Assembly: GCA_963730935.1 (NCBI GenBank)
Contig: CAVSTP010000004.1
Coordinates: forward strand, 64,001-128,000
Length of the DNA stretch: 64,000 nucleotides
Source of the DNA: an uncultured Nitrospiraceae bacterium
GTDB taxonomy: Bacteria > Nitrospirota > Nitrospiria > Nitrospirales > Nitrospiraceae
Direction: 5' to 3'
Below are positions 9,265 to 19,247 of this stretch, piece after piece. The notes below the pieces were generated by a model, which was not told where the DNA came from, ran no database searches, and was given only the letters and a program-made list of their open reading frames with translations. A program made the translations under genes and the position numbers. Numbering within the stretch: the stretch's first letter is position 1; every line of letters begins with the position of its first letter.

Positions 9265-10941
9265 ATGAAAACCTGGATCATTGTCTTTGCAACGAGCCTG
9301 ATACTGGCTTGGGCGGGGAGCGGGCCGGCTGGCGCCGCGCAGCCGAAGATCGAATTGCAGCCACAGACCGGAGTCCCGGGGGCCACGGTATCGATTGTCG
9401 GCAAGGGGCTCGGACAATTCAAATCCGCCCAAGTCAATCGTGTGCTCTTTGCTGGAGTTCCGGCGCTCATCCAACGGTGGGATCAAGATGTCGTCGAGGT
9501 GAAAGTCCCCTCGAAGGCTCAGAGCGGCCCGGTCGAAGTGTTGATCGGAAAAAAGAAGGTTCAGGCGGGAACGTTTACCGTCGTCTATCCGAAAATCCTC
9601 TCGATTCACCCTCCGTCGATCGAGCCCGGCCATACGATTGAGATTGTGGGCGAGCACTTCGGCATTACGGCCGGCCCGCGCGATCCCAACACGATGTTCG
9701 GCGTCAACGACGTTGTGGTGGGCAACCTGGTCGTCAGGCCACGCCGATGGAAGGACGATAAGATCGAAGTGGACGTTCCGGCCAATGCAGCCTCGGGAGA
9801 CATCGCTGTCCGTCTTGCCTCCTCTGACCCCCTGCCGGACGGGTCCTGTTGCGCGCCCGTGCAACACACGGTCAGTAACGCCATTTCTTTGAAGCTGATT
9901 CCCACCGTACAGGTCGACCCTGTTCATGGGCCCGTGGGGACCAAGGTCGTGTTGTTCGGTCAAGGTTTCGGTCGAGAGAAGACTCGGGAAGACAGGATTT
10001 TGATCGGCGGGAAAGAGGCTCCTGTGGCCCAGTGGAGCGATCGTGCGATCGTCGTACATGTGCCCCTAGGCGCGGAAAGCGGACCGATGGTGCTAGCTCA
10101 ACGGGGACAAGAGCGAACCGTCGGCGCCTTCACAGTCGAAGTTCCGAAAGCGACCGGTGTGACTCCTGCCAGTGCTCCGATCGGTACGCTCATGAGAATT
10201 CACGGCGAGCACTTTGGCGCATATTCGGAGAGCGGTGCGACCCCGTACAACTATACCGACTTCGATACCGGCCAGAATCGGGTGGAGATCGGTGGAGCTC
10301 CCGCCGTGATCTACCGTTGGAATGACGACCGGATCGACGTCTGGGTGCCCTTCAGTGCCAAGAGCGGTCCCGTGGTGGTGACCCGTGGCGCGCCGAAACC
10401 GGGGGCGGATGGATCCTGCTGCGCAGAGTACGGGACGGTGTCCACCACGGCGGGAGACTTTACGCTGGCCGTGCCGACCATTGAGTCGTTTTCGCCGACC
10501 TCCGCCGGGCTGGATGACATTGTCACCATCAAAGGGTCAGGGTTTGGGTCCTTCATCAAGACCACCGAGGCGACACAGCCGGGTCTCGGCGAGGGAGCCT
10601 TCAAACGCAACCAGATCGAGCTGGGTGAGAATGTTTCGCGTACGGAGGTGTTGTTCAATAATATCGGCGGGATCGTCGTGTCGTGGACGGATACCGAGAT
10701 CAAGGCGCGGGTGCCGCATCGTCATCTCTTCGGCATCGGCAAGCCGGGACAGTTCAGCGCCGACCTTTCGACCGGGCCTCTGGTCATCCGGCGCGGGTCC
10801 TGGGATTTGCTTCCCGATGGCACCTGTTGCACGCCGAAAAAATGGCTGACGCTGGAAGCCGGAACGTTCACCATCGAAGCCAAGGGCATGCCTGATCAAA
10901 GCTTCTTCGAGTCTAGGCCGGAAGGCAGCACCAACGACTAG
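9265..10941 (+). CDS. Secreted protein with five IPT/TIG-like domains
   Basis: Signal peptide; five repeats of P..G..V.I.G..FG ... W....I.V.VP....SG; three DG[ST]CC loops. Confidence 0.8.
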   Translation: MKTWIIVFATSLILAWAGSGPAGAAQPKIELQPQTGVPGATVSIVGKGLGQFKSAQVNRVLFAGVPALIQRWDQDVVEVKVPSKAQSGPVEVLIGKKKVQAGTFTVVYPKILSIHPPSIEPGHTIEIVGEHFGITAGPRDPNTMFGVNDVVVGNLVVRPRRWKDDKIEVDVPANAASGDIAVRLASSDPLPDGSCCAPVQHTVSNAISLKLIPTVQVDPVHGPVGTKVVLFGQGFGREKTREDRILIGGKEAPVAQWSDRAIVVHVPLGAESGPMVLAQRGQERTVGAFTVEVPKATGVTPASAPIGTLMRIHGEHFGAYSESGATPYNYTDFDTGQNRVEIGGAPAVIYRWNDDRIDVWVPFSAKSGPVVVTRGAPKPGADGSCCAEYGTVSTTAGDFTLAVPTIESFSPTSAGLDDIVTIKGSGFGSFIKTTEATQPGLGEGAFKRNQIELGENVSRTEVLFNNIGGIVVSWTDTEIKARVPHRHLFGIGKPGQFSADLSTGPLVIRRGSWDLLPDGTCCTPKKWLTLEAGTFTIEAKGMPDQSFFESRPEGSTND

Positions 10942-10948
10942 CGCCAGG

Positions 10949-11995
10949 ATGGTGAAAAATCCTCTTTGTCACCCACCCACCCCTGCGCGCCGAGACGCGC
11001 TCTTCACCAAGCTTGTTCTCGCATCGCTTAGAGGCTCAACGTTGACGTGGTTTTTCCTCACTTTCTTTTTGAGCCTATCCATCGTTCCATCCATACACGC
11101 GGCTGAACCACAGCTGAAAGCCGCTCCCCAAAAAACCGGGACCGAGGTCACGCTCATGAGCGTGTATTTCCGGGATGCCAATCACGGGTGGGCGGTGGGC
11201 TCGGGCGGGACGGTTCTCAAGACGATAGACGGCGGGCAGAAGTGGAAAAAACAGACCAGCGGCACGCCGATGCAGCTGACGGGCGTGTTCTTTGTTGACG
11301 ACAAGCAAGGGTGGATCATCGGCGTCAATGGCACGATCCGTCATTCCGCAGACGGCGGTGCGACATGGAGACCGCAGCCCATTGACACCCAGGCGCCCAT
11401 GTATGGCTTATCGTTCATTTCGCCGCAAGATGGATGGGTCGTGGGCGGCAACGGCACGATCCTCCACACGAGCGACGGAGGCGCTCATTGGACGGATCAA
11501 TCCAGTTCTACGACGGCGGCCCTCTATGCCGTGCAGTTTCTGACGGCGCGTCGAGGGACGGCCGTCGGGGCGGTGGGAACGGTGCTCGCAACTGAGGATG
11601 GTGGCGCGACCTGGGTGGCCCAGGAAACCCAAGGCTCGGTCACGCTCTTCGACGTGTATTTTTCGGATCCGTCGACGGGTTGGGTGGTCGGCAATGCAGG
11701 CGCGATGTTTCAGACCACCGATGGGGGCGGTCGCTGGATCGACCGCACGTTACCCTGCTCACGGACCTGCACGAGGCTCACGGATCTGCTTCGGATCCGA
11801 TTCACCGATCCCAAAACCGGATGGATCGTGGGAGAGCGCGGCATGGCGTACCATACTGCGGACAGTGGATTTACTTGGGAAGAACAGGGCGCCGTAGCGA
11901 ATGTGTCGTTGTTCGGTCTGTCCTTTCCCAATACCTTGCACGGCTGGGCCAGCGGTGAAAAAGGCACCATCGTGCATCTCAAAATCGCGAAATAA
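10949..11995 (+). CDS. YCF48/BNR-repeat beta-propeller protein
   Basis: Seven GW.VG..G....T.DGG.W-type repeats; hydrophobic signal segment; start uncertain. Confidence 0.88.
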   Translation: MVKNPLCHPPTPARRDALFTKLVLASLRGSTLTWFFLTFFLSLSIVPSIHAAEPQLKAAPQKTGTEVTLMSVYFRDANHGWAVGSGGTVLKTIDGGQKWKKQTSGTPMQLTGVFFVDDKQGWIIGVNGTIRHSADGGATWRPQPIDTQAPMYGLSFISPQDGWVVGGNGTILHTSDGGAHWTDQSSSTTAALYAVQFLTARRGTAVGAVGTVLATEDGGATWVAQETQGSVTLFDVYFSDPSTGWVVGNAGAMFQTTDGGGRWIDRTLPCSRTCTRLTDLLRIRFTDPKTGWIVGERGMAYHTADSGFTWEEQGAVANVSLFGLSFPNTLHGWASGEKGTIVHLKIAK

Positions 11996-12002
11996 CGCGT
12001 CG

Positions 12003-12737
12003 CTATCCCAGCTCGCCCAACCGGGATTGCAGGACAGTGATTGCGGCAATGGCGGCGGTTTCGGCTCGCAGGATTCGGGGTCCCAGGGTGACGCCGACAA
12101 CGCCCTGTTCAAGCATCTGACGGAATTCCTGTTCCTCCCAGCCTCCCTCCGGACCAATCAGCAACCACACATCGCCGTTGTTGTGCAATGGCAAGCTGCT
12201 CAGTGAAGCGCCGTCTGACCGCTCGGCCAAGAGAATTTTTAAGGCCGCCGTCTTCGACGTCGACAGCACTTGGGAGACTGTTACTGGTTCGTCGATGACC
12301 GGCACCGACCAGCGTTCCGATTGCTGGGCTGCTTCGAGCGCGATGCGCTGCCATCGCACAAGTTGATGCTCGATTCGGTCGGCTCGAGGTCTGACCACGC
12401 TATGGGTGGCCAAAACCGGCGCGATCCGATCAACCCCTAATTCTGTGGCTTTTTGAATGACCCAGTCCATCTTCTCACCTTTGAGCAGGGACTGGGCCAG
12501 CACGATCGATGGGTTGGTTTTGGGAGGAGCGAAGGTGGTATCGAGGATGCGGCCGATCAGGGTCCCGCTCGAGATTTCGGTAATCTCCGCACGATACCGC
12601 GTGCCGCGCTCATCCGTGACCAAGAGCAGCTCCCCGGGTTGCAGGCGAAGGCTCGCACGGAGATGTTGGAGCAGGGGGCCGGTGATACGAACAGTCGGCG
12701 GAACGATGGCTTCGGAAGCCACAAAGAAGGTAGGCAT
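12003..12737 (-). CDS. rsmE: 16S rRNA m3U1498 methyltransferase
   Basis: IQKATELGV, EAAQQSER, IGPEGG, LGPRILRAETA. Confidence 0.97.
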   Translation of the reverse strand: MPTFFVASEAIVPPTVRITGPLLQHLRASLRLQPGELLLVTDERGTRYRAEITEISSGTLIGRILDTTFAPPKTNPSIVLAQSLLKGEKMDWVIQKATELGVDRIAPVLATHSVVRPRADRIEHQLVRWQRIALEAAQQSERWSVPVIDEPVTVSQVLSTSKTAALKILLAERSDGASLSSLPLHNNGDVWLLIGPEGGWEEQEFRQMLEQGVVGVTLGPRILRAETAAIAAITVLQSRLGELG

Positions 12738-12770
12738 GGAAGACAAACCCCGATCCGGCAGGCTGCGGCG

Positions 12771-13895
12771 TTATTCGAAAAAGGTCTTCATCTTGTCGAA
12801 AAAGCCGTCGCCGTCGGCTTCCATCGACATGCCGCTTTCCTTGGCGAATTCCATTAGCAACTCGCGCTGCTTGGCGGTCAGCTTGGTGGGAATATGCACC
12901 TTGATCGTGAACAATTGATCGCCCGTCGTGTGATGTTTGAGGCTCGGGATGCCCAGCCCCTTCAGACGCAGCACTTTGTCGGGTTGCGTGCCGGGCGGTA
13001 CTTTCATCACGGTCGAGCCCTTCAGGGTCGGCACTTCAATCTTCCCACCGAGCACCGCCGTGACGAAACTGATCGGTACGTCGCAGCTAATATCATTCCC
13101 TTTGCGCTGGAACACGGGATGTGGCTTGACCGCAATGGCGACGTAGAGGTCGCCGGCGGGCCCGCCATTGACGCCGTGCTCGCCCTCGCTGGAGAGGCGC
13201 AGACGCATGCCGGTTTCGATGCCGGCCGGAATGTGGACGGCGATCGTGCGCTCCCGATAGACGCGTTGACGGCCCTGACAGGTTGGGCAGGGCTCCGTGA
13301 TGATGCGACCGGATCCCTCACACTGGCCGCAGGGTCTGCTGACGCTGAAGAAGCCCTGTTGCAGCCTGATCTGCCCGGCGCCCTTGCAGCTCGGACAGGT
13401 CTTGACGGCTGTGGCTGACTTGGCCCCAGTGCCTTTGCAGTCCGTACAGGATTCCCAACGCGGAATCTTGAGTTTGGCTTCTTTTCCGTATACCGCCTCT
13501 TCGAACGTGATTTCGAGGTTGTACTGCAGGTCGTTCCCGCGCTCAGTGCGCGTGCCGCCGCGCTGGCCCCCGAAGAAGTCTTCGAAGATGTCGTTAAAGA
13601 CATCGCCGAAGCCGCCGCGCCCGAAGTCGAAGCCCTCAAACCCTGCGCCGCCCTGCGCCCCGGCATGGCCGAACATGTCGTAGCGTTTCCGCTTTTCCGA
13701 GTCGCTGAGATGCTCGTAGGCTTCGTTGATTTCCTTGAACTTCTCTTCGGCCTGCTTCTTCTGTTGGTCGCCGGGCTGCAGATCGGGATGAAATTGACGG
13801 GCGAGCTTGCGGTAGGCTTTCTTCAGGTCCTCGTCGGACGCCGTCCGGTCGACGCCCAACGTTTCGTAAAAGTCTCGTTTCGACACAGAAGCCAT
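12771..13895 (-). CDS. dnaJ: Chaperone DnaJ
   Basis: J domain HPD, G/F region, four CxxCxG repeats. Confidence 0.99.
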   Translation of the reverse strand: MASVSKRDFYETLGVDRTASDEDLKKAYRKLARQFHPDLQPGDQQKKQAEEKFKEINEAYEHLSDSEKRKRYDMFGHAGAQGGAGFEGFDFGRGGFGDVFNDIFEDFFGGQRGGTRTERGNDLQYNLEITFEEAVYGKEAKLKIPRWESCTDCKGTGAKSATAVKTCPSCKGAGQIRLQQGFFSVSRPCGQCEGSGRIITEPCPTCQGRQRVYRERTIAVHIPAGIETGMRLRLSSEGEHGVNGGPAGDLYVAIAVKPHPVFQRKGNDISCDVPISFVTAVLGGKIEVPTLKGSTVMKVPPGTQPDKVLRLKGLGIPSLKHHTTGDQLFTIKVHIPTKLTAKQRELLMEFAKESGMSMEADGDGFFDKMKTFFE

Positions 13896-13972
13896 TGTCC
13901 CCTAAGAGTAGTTCGAAGAAAGACCGAGTCCCGTGCCGGCGAAACTCGGTCCCTCAGCAGCCGTATTCTATC

Positions 13973-15895
13973 TTACTTTTTATCTTTGTCCACTTCTTCG
14001 AACTCGGCGTCGACGACTTTTTCATCCGTCTTGGCGCCATTCGGACTCTCTTCTCCGGCAGCAGTTCCTGCACCGGTGGCCGATGTGGCCGAGGCTTTCT
14101 TGTACATCTCCTCGGCAAGCTTGTGCGATGCGGTCGTCAAGGATTGAGTGGCGGACTCGATCGCATCGGGGTCATTGCCTTCCATCGCCTTTTTCAGGGC
14201 GGTGACGGCTTCCTCGATCTTGGTCCTGTCCTCGGCCGAAATCTTGTCGCCATGCTCCTTGAGGTTCTTCTCCGTCTGATAGAGCAGCGTGTCGGCCTGG
14301 TTCTTCGCTTCTGCCGCCTTTCTCCGCTTCTTGTCCTCTTCCGTATGGGTTTGGGCATCCCGGACGAGTTTTTCCACTTCGTCCTTACTGAGACCGCTGG
14401 AGGCCGTGATCTTGATGGATTGTTCCTTCTGCGTCGCCAAGTCCTTGGCCGACACGTGCACGATGCCGTTGGCATCGATATCGAACGTGACTTCGACTTG
14501 CGGCATGCCGCGCGGCGCCGGGGGAATGCCGACGAGATCGAACTGGCCGAGCAATTTGTTGTCGTTGGCCATCTCGCGCTCACCTTGGAACACGCGGATG
14601 GTCACGGCGGTTTGATTATCGGCCGCCGTCGAGAAGACTTGACTCTTTTTGGTCGGGACGGTCGTGTTGCGCTCGATCAGCTTGGTGAAGACGCCGCCCA
14701 GCGTCTCGATGCCGAGGGACAACGGTGTGACGTCCAGCAGCAGCACGTCCTTGACGTCGCCCTTGAGCACGCCGCCTTGGATCGCGGCGCCGATGGCCAC
14801 CACCTCATCGGGGTTCACGCCCCGGTGTGGTTCCTTGCTGAAGAAGTCTTTCACGACTTGGATGACCTTGGGCATGCGGGTCATTCCGCCGACCAGCACG
14901 ACTTCATTGATGTCCCGGGCCGAGACGCCGGCATCGCCCAGCGCCTTGCGGCAGGGTTCAACGGTCCGCTGGATCAGGTCGTCGACCAGCTGTTCCAGCC
15001 GGGAACGGGTCAACTTGATGACCATGTGCTTGGGGCCGCTCGCATCCGCCGTAATGAACGGCAGATTGATCTCTGTCTCCTGCGCGGAGGACAATTCGAT
15101 CTTGGCGCGTTCGGCCGATTCTTTCAGCCGCTGAAGCGCCATGCGATCCTTGCGCAGATCAATACCCTGATCCTTCCTGAATTCATCGACGAGCCAATCC
15201 ATCACTCGGAGGTCGAAATCGTCGCCGCCCAGGTACGTGTCTCCATTGGTGGATTTGACTTCGAAGACCCCTTCACCGATTTCCAGCACGGAGACGTCGA
15301 AGGTGCCGCCGCCAAGGTCATAGACCGAGATCCGCTCGTCCTTTTTCTTGTCGAGCCCGTACGCCAGCGAGGCCGCCGTCGGCTCATTGATGATGCGCAG
15401 GACGTTCAATCCAGCGATCTGGCCGGCGTCCTTCGTCGCTTGCCGCTGGCTGTCGTCGAAATAGGCGGGGACGGTGATGACGGCTTCCGTCACCTTCTCG
15501 CCGAGGTAATCCTCTGCAGTTTGCCGCATTTTCTGGAGGATCATCGCGGAGATTTCAGGGGGACTATAGCGCTTGCCGCGCAACTCCACATGGGCGTCGC
15601 CGTTGTCGGCTTCAACCACCTTGTACGGCAGCCGCTTTAGCGCCTCCTGCACTTCCTTGCTGCGGAATTTCCGGCCCATGAGACGTTTTACGGAGTAGAT
15701 GGTGTTCTCCGGATTCGTAATGGCTTGGCGTTTCGCGATCTGGCCGACGAGCCGCTCACCCTTGTCGGTGATCGCGACGACCGATGGAGTCGTGCGGGCG
15801 CCTTCCGCATTGGCAATCACAACGGGATCGCCGCCGCTCATGACGGCGACGCAGGAATTGGTCGTGCCTAAATCGATGCCGATCACTTTACCCAT
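13973..15895 (-). CDS. dnaK: Chaperone DnaK
   Basis: [31 protein letters not shown]. Confidence 0.99.
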   Translation of the reverse strand: MGKVIGIDLGTTNSCVAVMSGGDPVVIANAEGARTTPSVVAITDKGERLVGQIAKRQAITNPENTIYSVKRLMGRKFRSKEVQEALKRLPYKVVEADNGDAHVELRGKRYSPPEISAMILQKMRQTAEDYLGEKVTEAVITVPAYFDDSQRQATKDAGQIAGLNVLRIINEPTAASLAYGLDKKKDERISVYDLGGGTFDVSVLEIGEGVFEVKSTNGDTYLGGDDFDLRVMDWLVDEFRKDQGIDLRKDRMALQRLKESAERAKIELSSAQETEINLPFITADASGPKHMVIKLTRSRLEQLVDDLIQRTVEPCRKALGDAGVSARDINEVVLVGGMTRMPKVIQVVKDFFSKEPHRGVNPDEVVAIGAAIQGGVLKGDVKDVLLLDVTPLSLGIETLGGVFTKLIERNTTVPTKKSQVFSTAADNQTAVTIRVFQGEREMANDNKLLGQFDLVGIPPAPRGMPQVEVTFDIDANGIVHVSAKDLATQKEQSIKITASSGLSKDEVEKLVRDAQTHTEEDKKRRKAAEAKNQADTLLYQTEKNLKEHGDKISAEDRTKIEEAVTALKKAMEGNDPDAIESATQSLTTASHKLAEEMYKKASATSATGAGTAAGEESPNGAKTDEKVVDAEFEEVDKDKK

Positions 15896-15914
15896 GATGT
15901 GCTCCTTCCTCCTC

Positions 15915-16042
15915 TTCAGGCTGTTGAAAAAGTCCGCCAGCTTTGTTCTCGCATCGCTTAGAGGCTCGACGTACGGATCAAAGTACGCTTCGCCTCTGCG
16001 CTCGCTGCGGCCGCGCTGGACGGCCCTTTTGAACAGCCTGAA
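15915..16042. mobile_element. ~128 bp MITE-like element between grpE and dnaK
   Basis: Inverted termini TTCAGGCTGTTGAAAA / TTTTGAACAGCCTGAA; internal 30 bp shared (29/30) with 11013-11042. Confidence 0.7.
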
Positions 16043-16053
16043 ATTCTCCTTGT

Positions 16054-16608
16054 TCAGTTTGTATCATCTACGTCATTCGATTCAGATCCTGTGCCGGATG
16101 ACACCGTCACCATGGCAGGTCTGAGGATCCGGTCGTGCAGCCGGTAGCCTCGCTGAAACTCCTCCACCACATGCTGGTCCGGCACCTTAGCCGAGGGCAC
16201 CGAGGCGACGGCCTGATGGCCGGAGGGATCAAATGGCTGGCCCATCGTCGGGATGGACTGGACGCCGAACTTGCCGAGAACCCCCTGCAACTGCTTCATG
16301 GTGAGATCAACGCCCTTGACCAGTCCCTCGTATGACGTATTGTCCTTTGCGGCCTTGATCGCCCGTTCCAAATTGTCGACGACCGGCAGCAGTTCCTTCA
16401 GGAGCTGCTCATTTCCGAACCGGATCTGGTCCCGCTGATCTCGCTGGGCAAGCCGCTTGTAGTTGTCGAACTCGGCCGCCAGCCGGAGATATTTGTCGTT
16501 GAGCGACTTCAGCTCCTCATCCTTGGCCGTCGAGACCTCGGAGGGAGCGGAAGAAGAGTCACCGTCTAAGTCGTCGAATGTATTGGGATTTAGTTCTTGG
16601 TCCGCCAC
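16054..16608 (-). CDS. grpE: Nucleotide exchange factor GrpE
   Basis: [41 protein letters not shown]. Confidence 0.97.
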   Translation of the reverse strand: MADQELNPNTFDDLDGDSSSAPSEVSTAKDEELKSLNDKYLRLAAEFDNYKRLAQRDQRDQIRFGNEQLLKELLPVVDNLERAIKAAKDNTSYEGLVKGVDLTMKQLQGVLGKFGVQSIPTMGQPFDPSGHQAVASVPSAKVPDQHVVEEFQRGYRLHDRILRPAMVTVSSGTGSESNDVDDTN

Positions 16609-16630
16609 GATTTATCCTGTTACCTTCGCC

Positions 16631-16658
16631 AGATAGACACCCGAGGCTATAAGTCAAC
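16631..16658 (-). promoter_or_regulatory. Possible heat-shock (RpoH-like) promoter of grpE-dnaK-dnaJ
   Basis: GTTGAC-N15-TCTATCT resembles the alphaproteobacterial RpoH consensus; no CIRCE seen. Confidence 0.3.
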
Positions 16659-16696
16659 AGGAGGCCGCAAAATTAATTACTTATACGGGAGAGGGG

Positions 16697-17488
16697 CTAG
16701 ACCCACGTGAGGACAGGCGAGCCGCCGGTTGCCCGACGATAGAGTAGTGCGAGACCTTCCAGGGTCAGCAGCGGTTCAACGGTCTGAATGGAGGCAGTTT
16801 CTTTTGCGATGATGCTGCTCAAGCCGCCGGTGGCGATCACGTAGGTGGAGCGTCCGAGTTCCTGTTCGATCCGTCTCACCAGCGTGTCGACAAGGCCGGC
16901 ATAGCCGAAGAGGAGGCCGGACTGAATGCTGCTTCCCGTGTCGGTCCCGATCACGGTCTTGGGTCTGGTCAGCTCAACCTTGGAAAGCTTCGCCGCGCGG
17001 GCGAAGAGCGCTTCGGCTGAAATCCCCAGGCCCGGAGCGATGACCCCTCCCAGATACTCCGCCTCCTTGGTGACGGCGCAGAAGGTTGTGGCGGTGCCGA
17101 AGTCCACGATAATCAGGTCACGCCGGTATTTGTGATAGGCCGCCGCGGCATTGACGAGCCGATCGCTGCCGATTTCCTTGGGATTGGGATAGCGAATGGT
17201 CAGGCCCGTATCGGATTCCGATGTCACGATTAACGGCCGCTGGCGGAAGTATTGCTCGATCAGCGTCTCGAACGTAGCGGTGAGCGACGGAACCACGCAG
17301 GACATGATGGCGCCTGACGTCTGAGCCGGAACGAGGCCCGCGGAGGTCAACAGATTTGTGAAGAGGATTCCATACTCGTCGGCAGTGGTCTTGGCATCGG
17401 TGGCGAGACGCCAATGCGCTTTCAGCACCTGACCATCGTAGATGCCCAACACGACGTTGGTGTTTCCGATATCAACGACCAGCAGCAT
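16697..17488 (-). CDS. coaX: Type III pantothenate kinase
   Basis: VDIGNTN, IGSDR, VDFGTATT, GGVIAPG, ATGG. Confidence 0.96.
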   Translation of the reverse strand: MLLVVDIGNTNVVLGIYDGQVLKAHWRLATDAKTTADEYGILFTNLLTSAGLVPAQTSGAIMSCVVPSLTATFETLIEQYFRQRPLIVTSESDTGLTIRYPNPKEIGSDRLVNAAAAYHKYRRDLIIVDFGTATTFCAVTKEAEYLGGVIAPGLGISAEALFARAAKLSKVELTRPKTVIGTDTGSSIQSGLLFGYAGLVDTLVRRIEQELGRSTYVIATGGLSSIIAKETASIQTVEPLLTLEGLALLYRRATGGSPVLTWV

Positions 17489-17533
17489 GGGCAATATTCT
17501 ACGGGGTCGGTGTGGATTTCGCCACCGAAAGCT

Positions 17534-18370
17534 TCATCGGAGGTGCACGATGTCGGCGGCTCGAAGGTGTCGGACTGTTGACGGCGACGTCCCCAAAGAT
17601 GGCTGAACCAGCGTCAAGGAGCCGTCCTGCTCGATGGCGTCGGCCACTCCGATATACTCCTTGCCGTCAGCCAGCACGGCTCTCACGGTTTTTCCAATCG
17701 TCGTGCAGCGCTGCCGATACGCGAGCCCGATCGACTCCGAGCCGCGTGACAGGAACTCTTCCAGGCAGGATTCCAGTTCGATCAGGAGTTGGGCGGCAAG
17801 CCGGTTCCGATCGATGATACGGCCCGTTTCATGCCGGATCGTGGTGGCGATGTGTCGTAACTCGTCGGGAAAGTCCTCCGGTACGCCGTTCACGTTGATG
17901 CCGATGCCGATGACTTGAAAAGGTCCGGCTCCTGCCGAGGCTCCGCTTTCACAGAGAATTCCTCCCACCTTGCGTTCGTTGATGAGAAGATCATTCGGCC
18001 ATTTGACGGCAATAGGCAGCCCGCTGACGATGCCGATGGCCTCAGCCGCACCCAAAGCAGCCATCAACGGCAACCACGAGAGCCAGGCCGCCAGATGCGG
18101 GGCATCAATCGCGGTTCGGATGACCAGGGACCCGTAAAGGTTTACACCGGGCGGAGAGAACCAGGACCGGGCCATCCTGCCGCGTCCTGCCGTTTGCGCA
18201 TCGGCCAACACAAGCGTGCCGTGTTCGACGCCGGCCTGGCCCAATGCGACCGCTTCGCGGTTCGTGGATTCGAGCCGTTCGTGCAATTCAATGCGGCGAC
18301 CCAGAGATCGGGTTCCCAGGTAGCTTTGAATGGCGTGGACATTCAGCGGCGAAGGACGCTGCACCGTCAA
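17534..18370 (-). CDS. birA: Biotin--protein ligase, no HTH
   Basis: ESTN, QTAGRGRMARSW, KWPNDL, KVGGIL, GIGIN; likely TTG start overlapping nadC stop. Confidence 0.92.
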   Translation of the reverse strand: MTVQRPSPLNVHAIQSYLGTRSLGRRIELHERLESTNREAVALGQAGVEHGTLVLADAQTAGRGRMARSWFSPPGVNLYGSLVIRTAIDAPHLAAWLSWLPLMAALGAAEAIGIVSGLPIAVKWPNDLLINERKVGGILCESGASAGAGPFQVIGIGINVNGVPEDFPDELRHIATTIRHETGRIIDRNRLAAQLLIELESCLEEFLSRGSESIGLAYRQRCTTIGKTVRAVLADGKEYIGVADAIEQDGSLTLVQPSLGTSPSTVRHLRAADIVHLR

Positions 18371-19245
18371 CGACGCCTCTTCGGCTTGGCATCTACCGGT
18401 TGGAGCTCCAGCGTCATCGCGGCGGCAGGGGCGGAGTGCGTGAGCGCGCCGATCGAAATGCGGTCTGGGCCTGCCGCTGCCATGGCACGAATGTTTTTCA
18501 AAGTGATGCCCCCGGAGACTTCCACAAGCGCACGCCGGTTGATCATGCGCACGGCCTTCTTGACCATGACGGGCGTCATGTTGTCGAGAAGAATGATGTC
18601 CGCCTGACCCGTCAAAGCCTCTGCGACGTCTGCGAGTGATTCCACCTCGACGATGATCGGCATCCGGCTCTCGCTTCTGTTCTTGGCGAGTGTGCAGGCC
18701 TGACGGATCGCCGTTTTTTGCGGTAGCAGGCTGAGATGGTTGTCTTTGACGAGCACACCGTCGGCGAGCGAAAACCGGTGGTTGGTTCCTCCGCCGAGCG
18801 TCACGGCCCATTTTTGGATGGCCCTCCAGCCCGGGAGAGTCTTGCGTGTGTCGAGGATTGCGACCGGGTAGCCGCGCACGGCCTGACGGAATCGGCCCGT
18901 GAGCGTCGCAATCCCCGAGAGGTGCTGGAGGAAATTCAAGGCGACTCGCTCGGCCGTGAGGATCGATCTGCCGTCTCCTTCAATGCGCAGGAGCGTCTCG
19001 CCGGCTGCTGCATGGGATCCGTCTTTCTTCACCACCGTCAAGGCGAGCGAGGCATCAGTGGCGAGAAAGGACTGAACGGCGGCCGCCATCCCTGCGACGA
19101 TGAGGTCCTGTTGCGCAATGATCCGGCCCTCAGCGGGTACCCTATTGGGAAAGAGGGCCGACGTCGTGACGTCGCCTCGTGCCGCGTCTTCTTCCAACGC
19201 GTGCCGAACGGCGCGTCGGATCTCGGCGGCAGGTAGAACGGCCAT
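18367..19245 (-). CDS. nadC: Quinolinate phosphoribosyltransferase
   Basis: ERVALN, DTRKT, NHR, KDNH, EVE, LLDN, EVSGGI. Confidence 0.97.
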   Translation of the reverse strand: MAVLPAAEIRRAVRHALEEDAARGDVTTSALFPNRVPAEGRIIAQQDLIVAGMAAAVQSFLATDASLALTVVKKDGSHAAAGETLLRIEGDGRSILTAERVALNFLQHLSGIATLTGRFRQAVRGYPVAILDTRKTLPGWRAIQKWAVTLGGGTNHRFSLADGVLVKDNHLSLLPQKTAIRQACTLAKNRSESRMPIIVEVESLADVAEALTGQADIILLDNMTPVMVKKAVRMINRRALVEVSGGITLKNIRAMAAAGPDRISIGALTHSAPAAAMTLELQPVDAKPKRRR

Positions 19246-19247
19246 GT

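Noticed and set aside
13895..15640. 581-aa ORF antisense to dnaK, and similar ORFs opposite recA, alaS and valS
   Set aside because: Typical antisense shadows of conserved GC-rich genes.
16609..16696. CIRCE element before grpE
   Set aside because: TTAGCACTC-N9-GAGTGCTAA is absent; no hrcA in the window.
17534..18811. 425-aa extended BirA
   Set aside because: The N-terminal ~147 codons overlap nadC in another frame; real start is near 18370.
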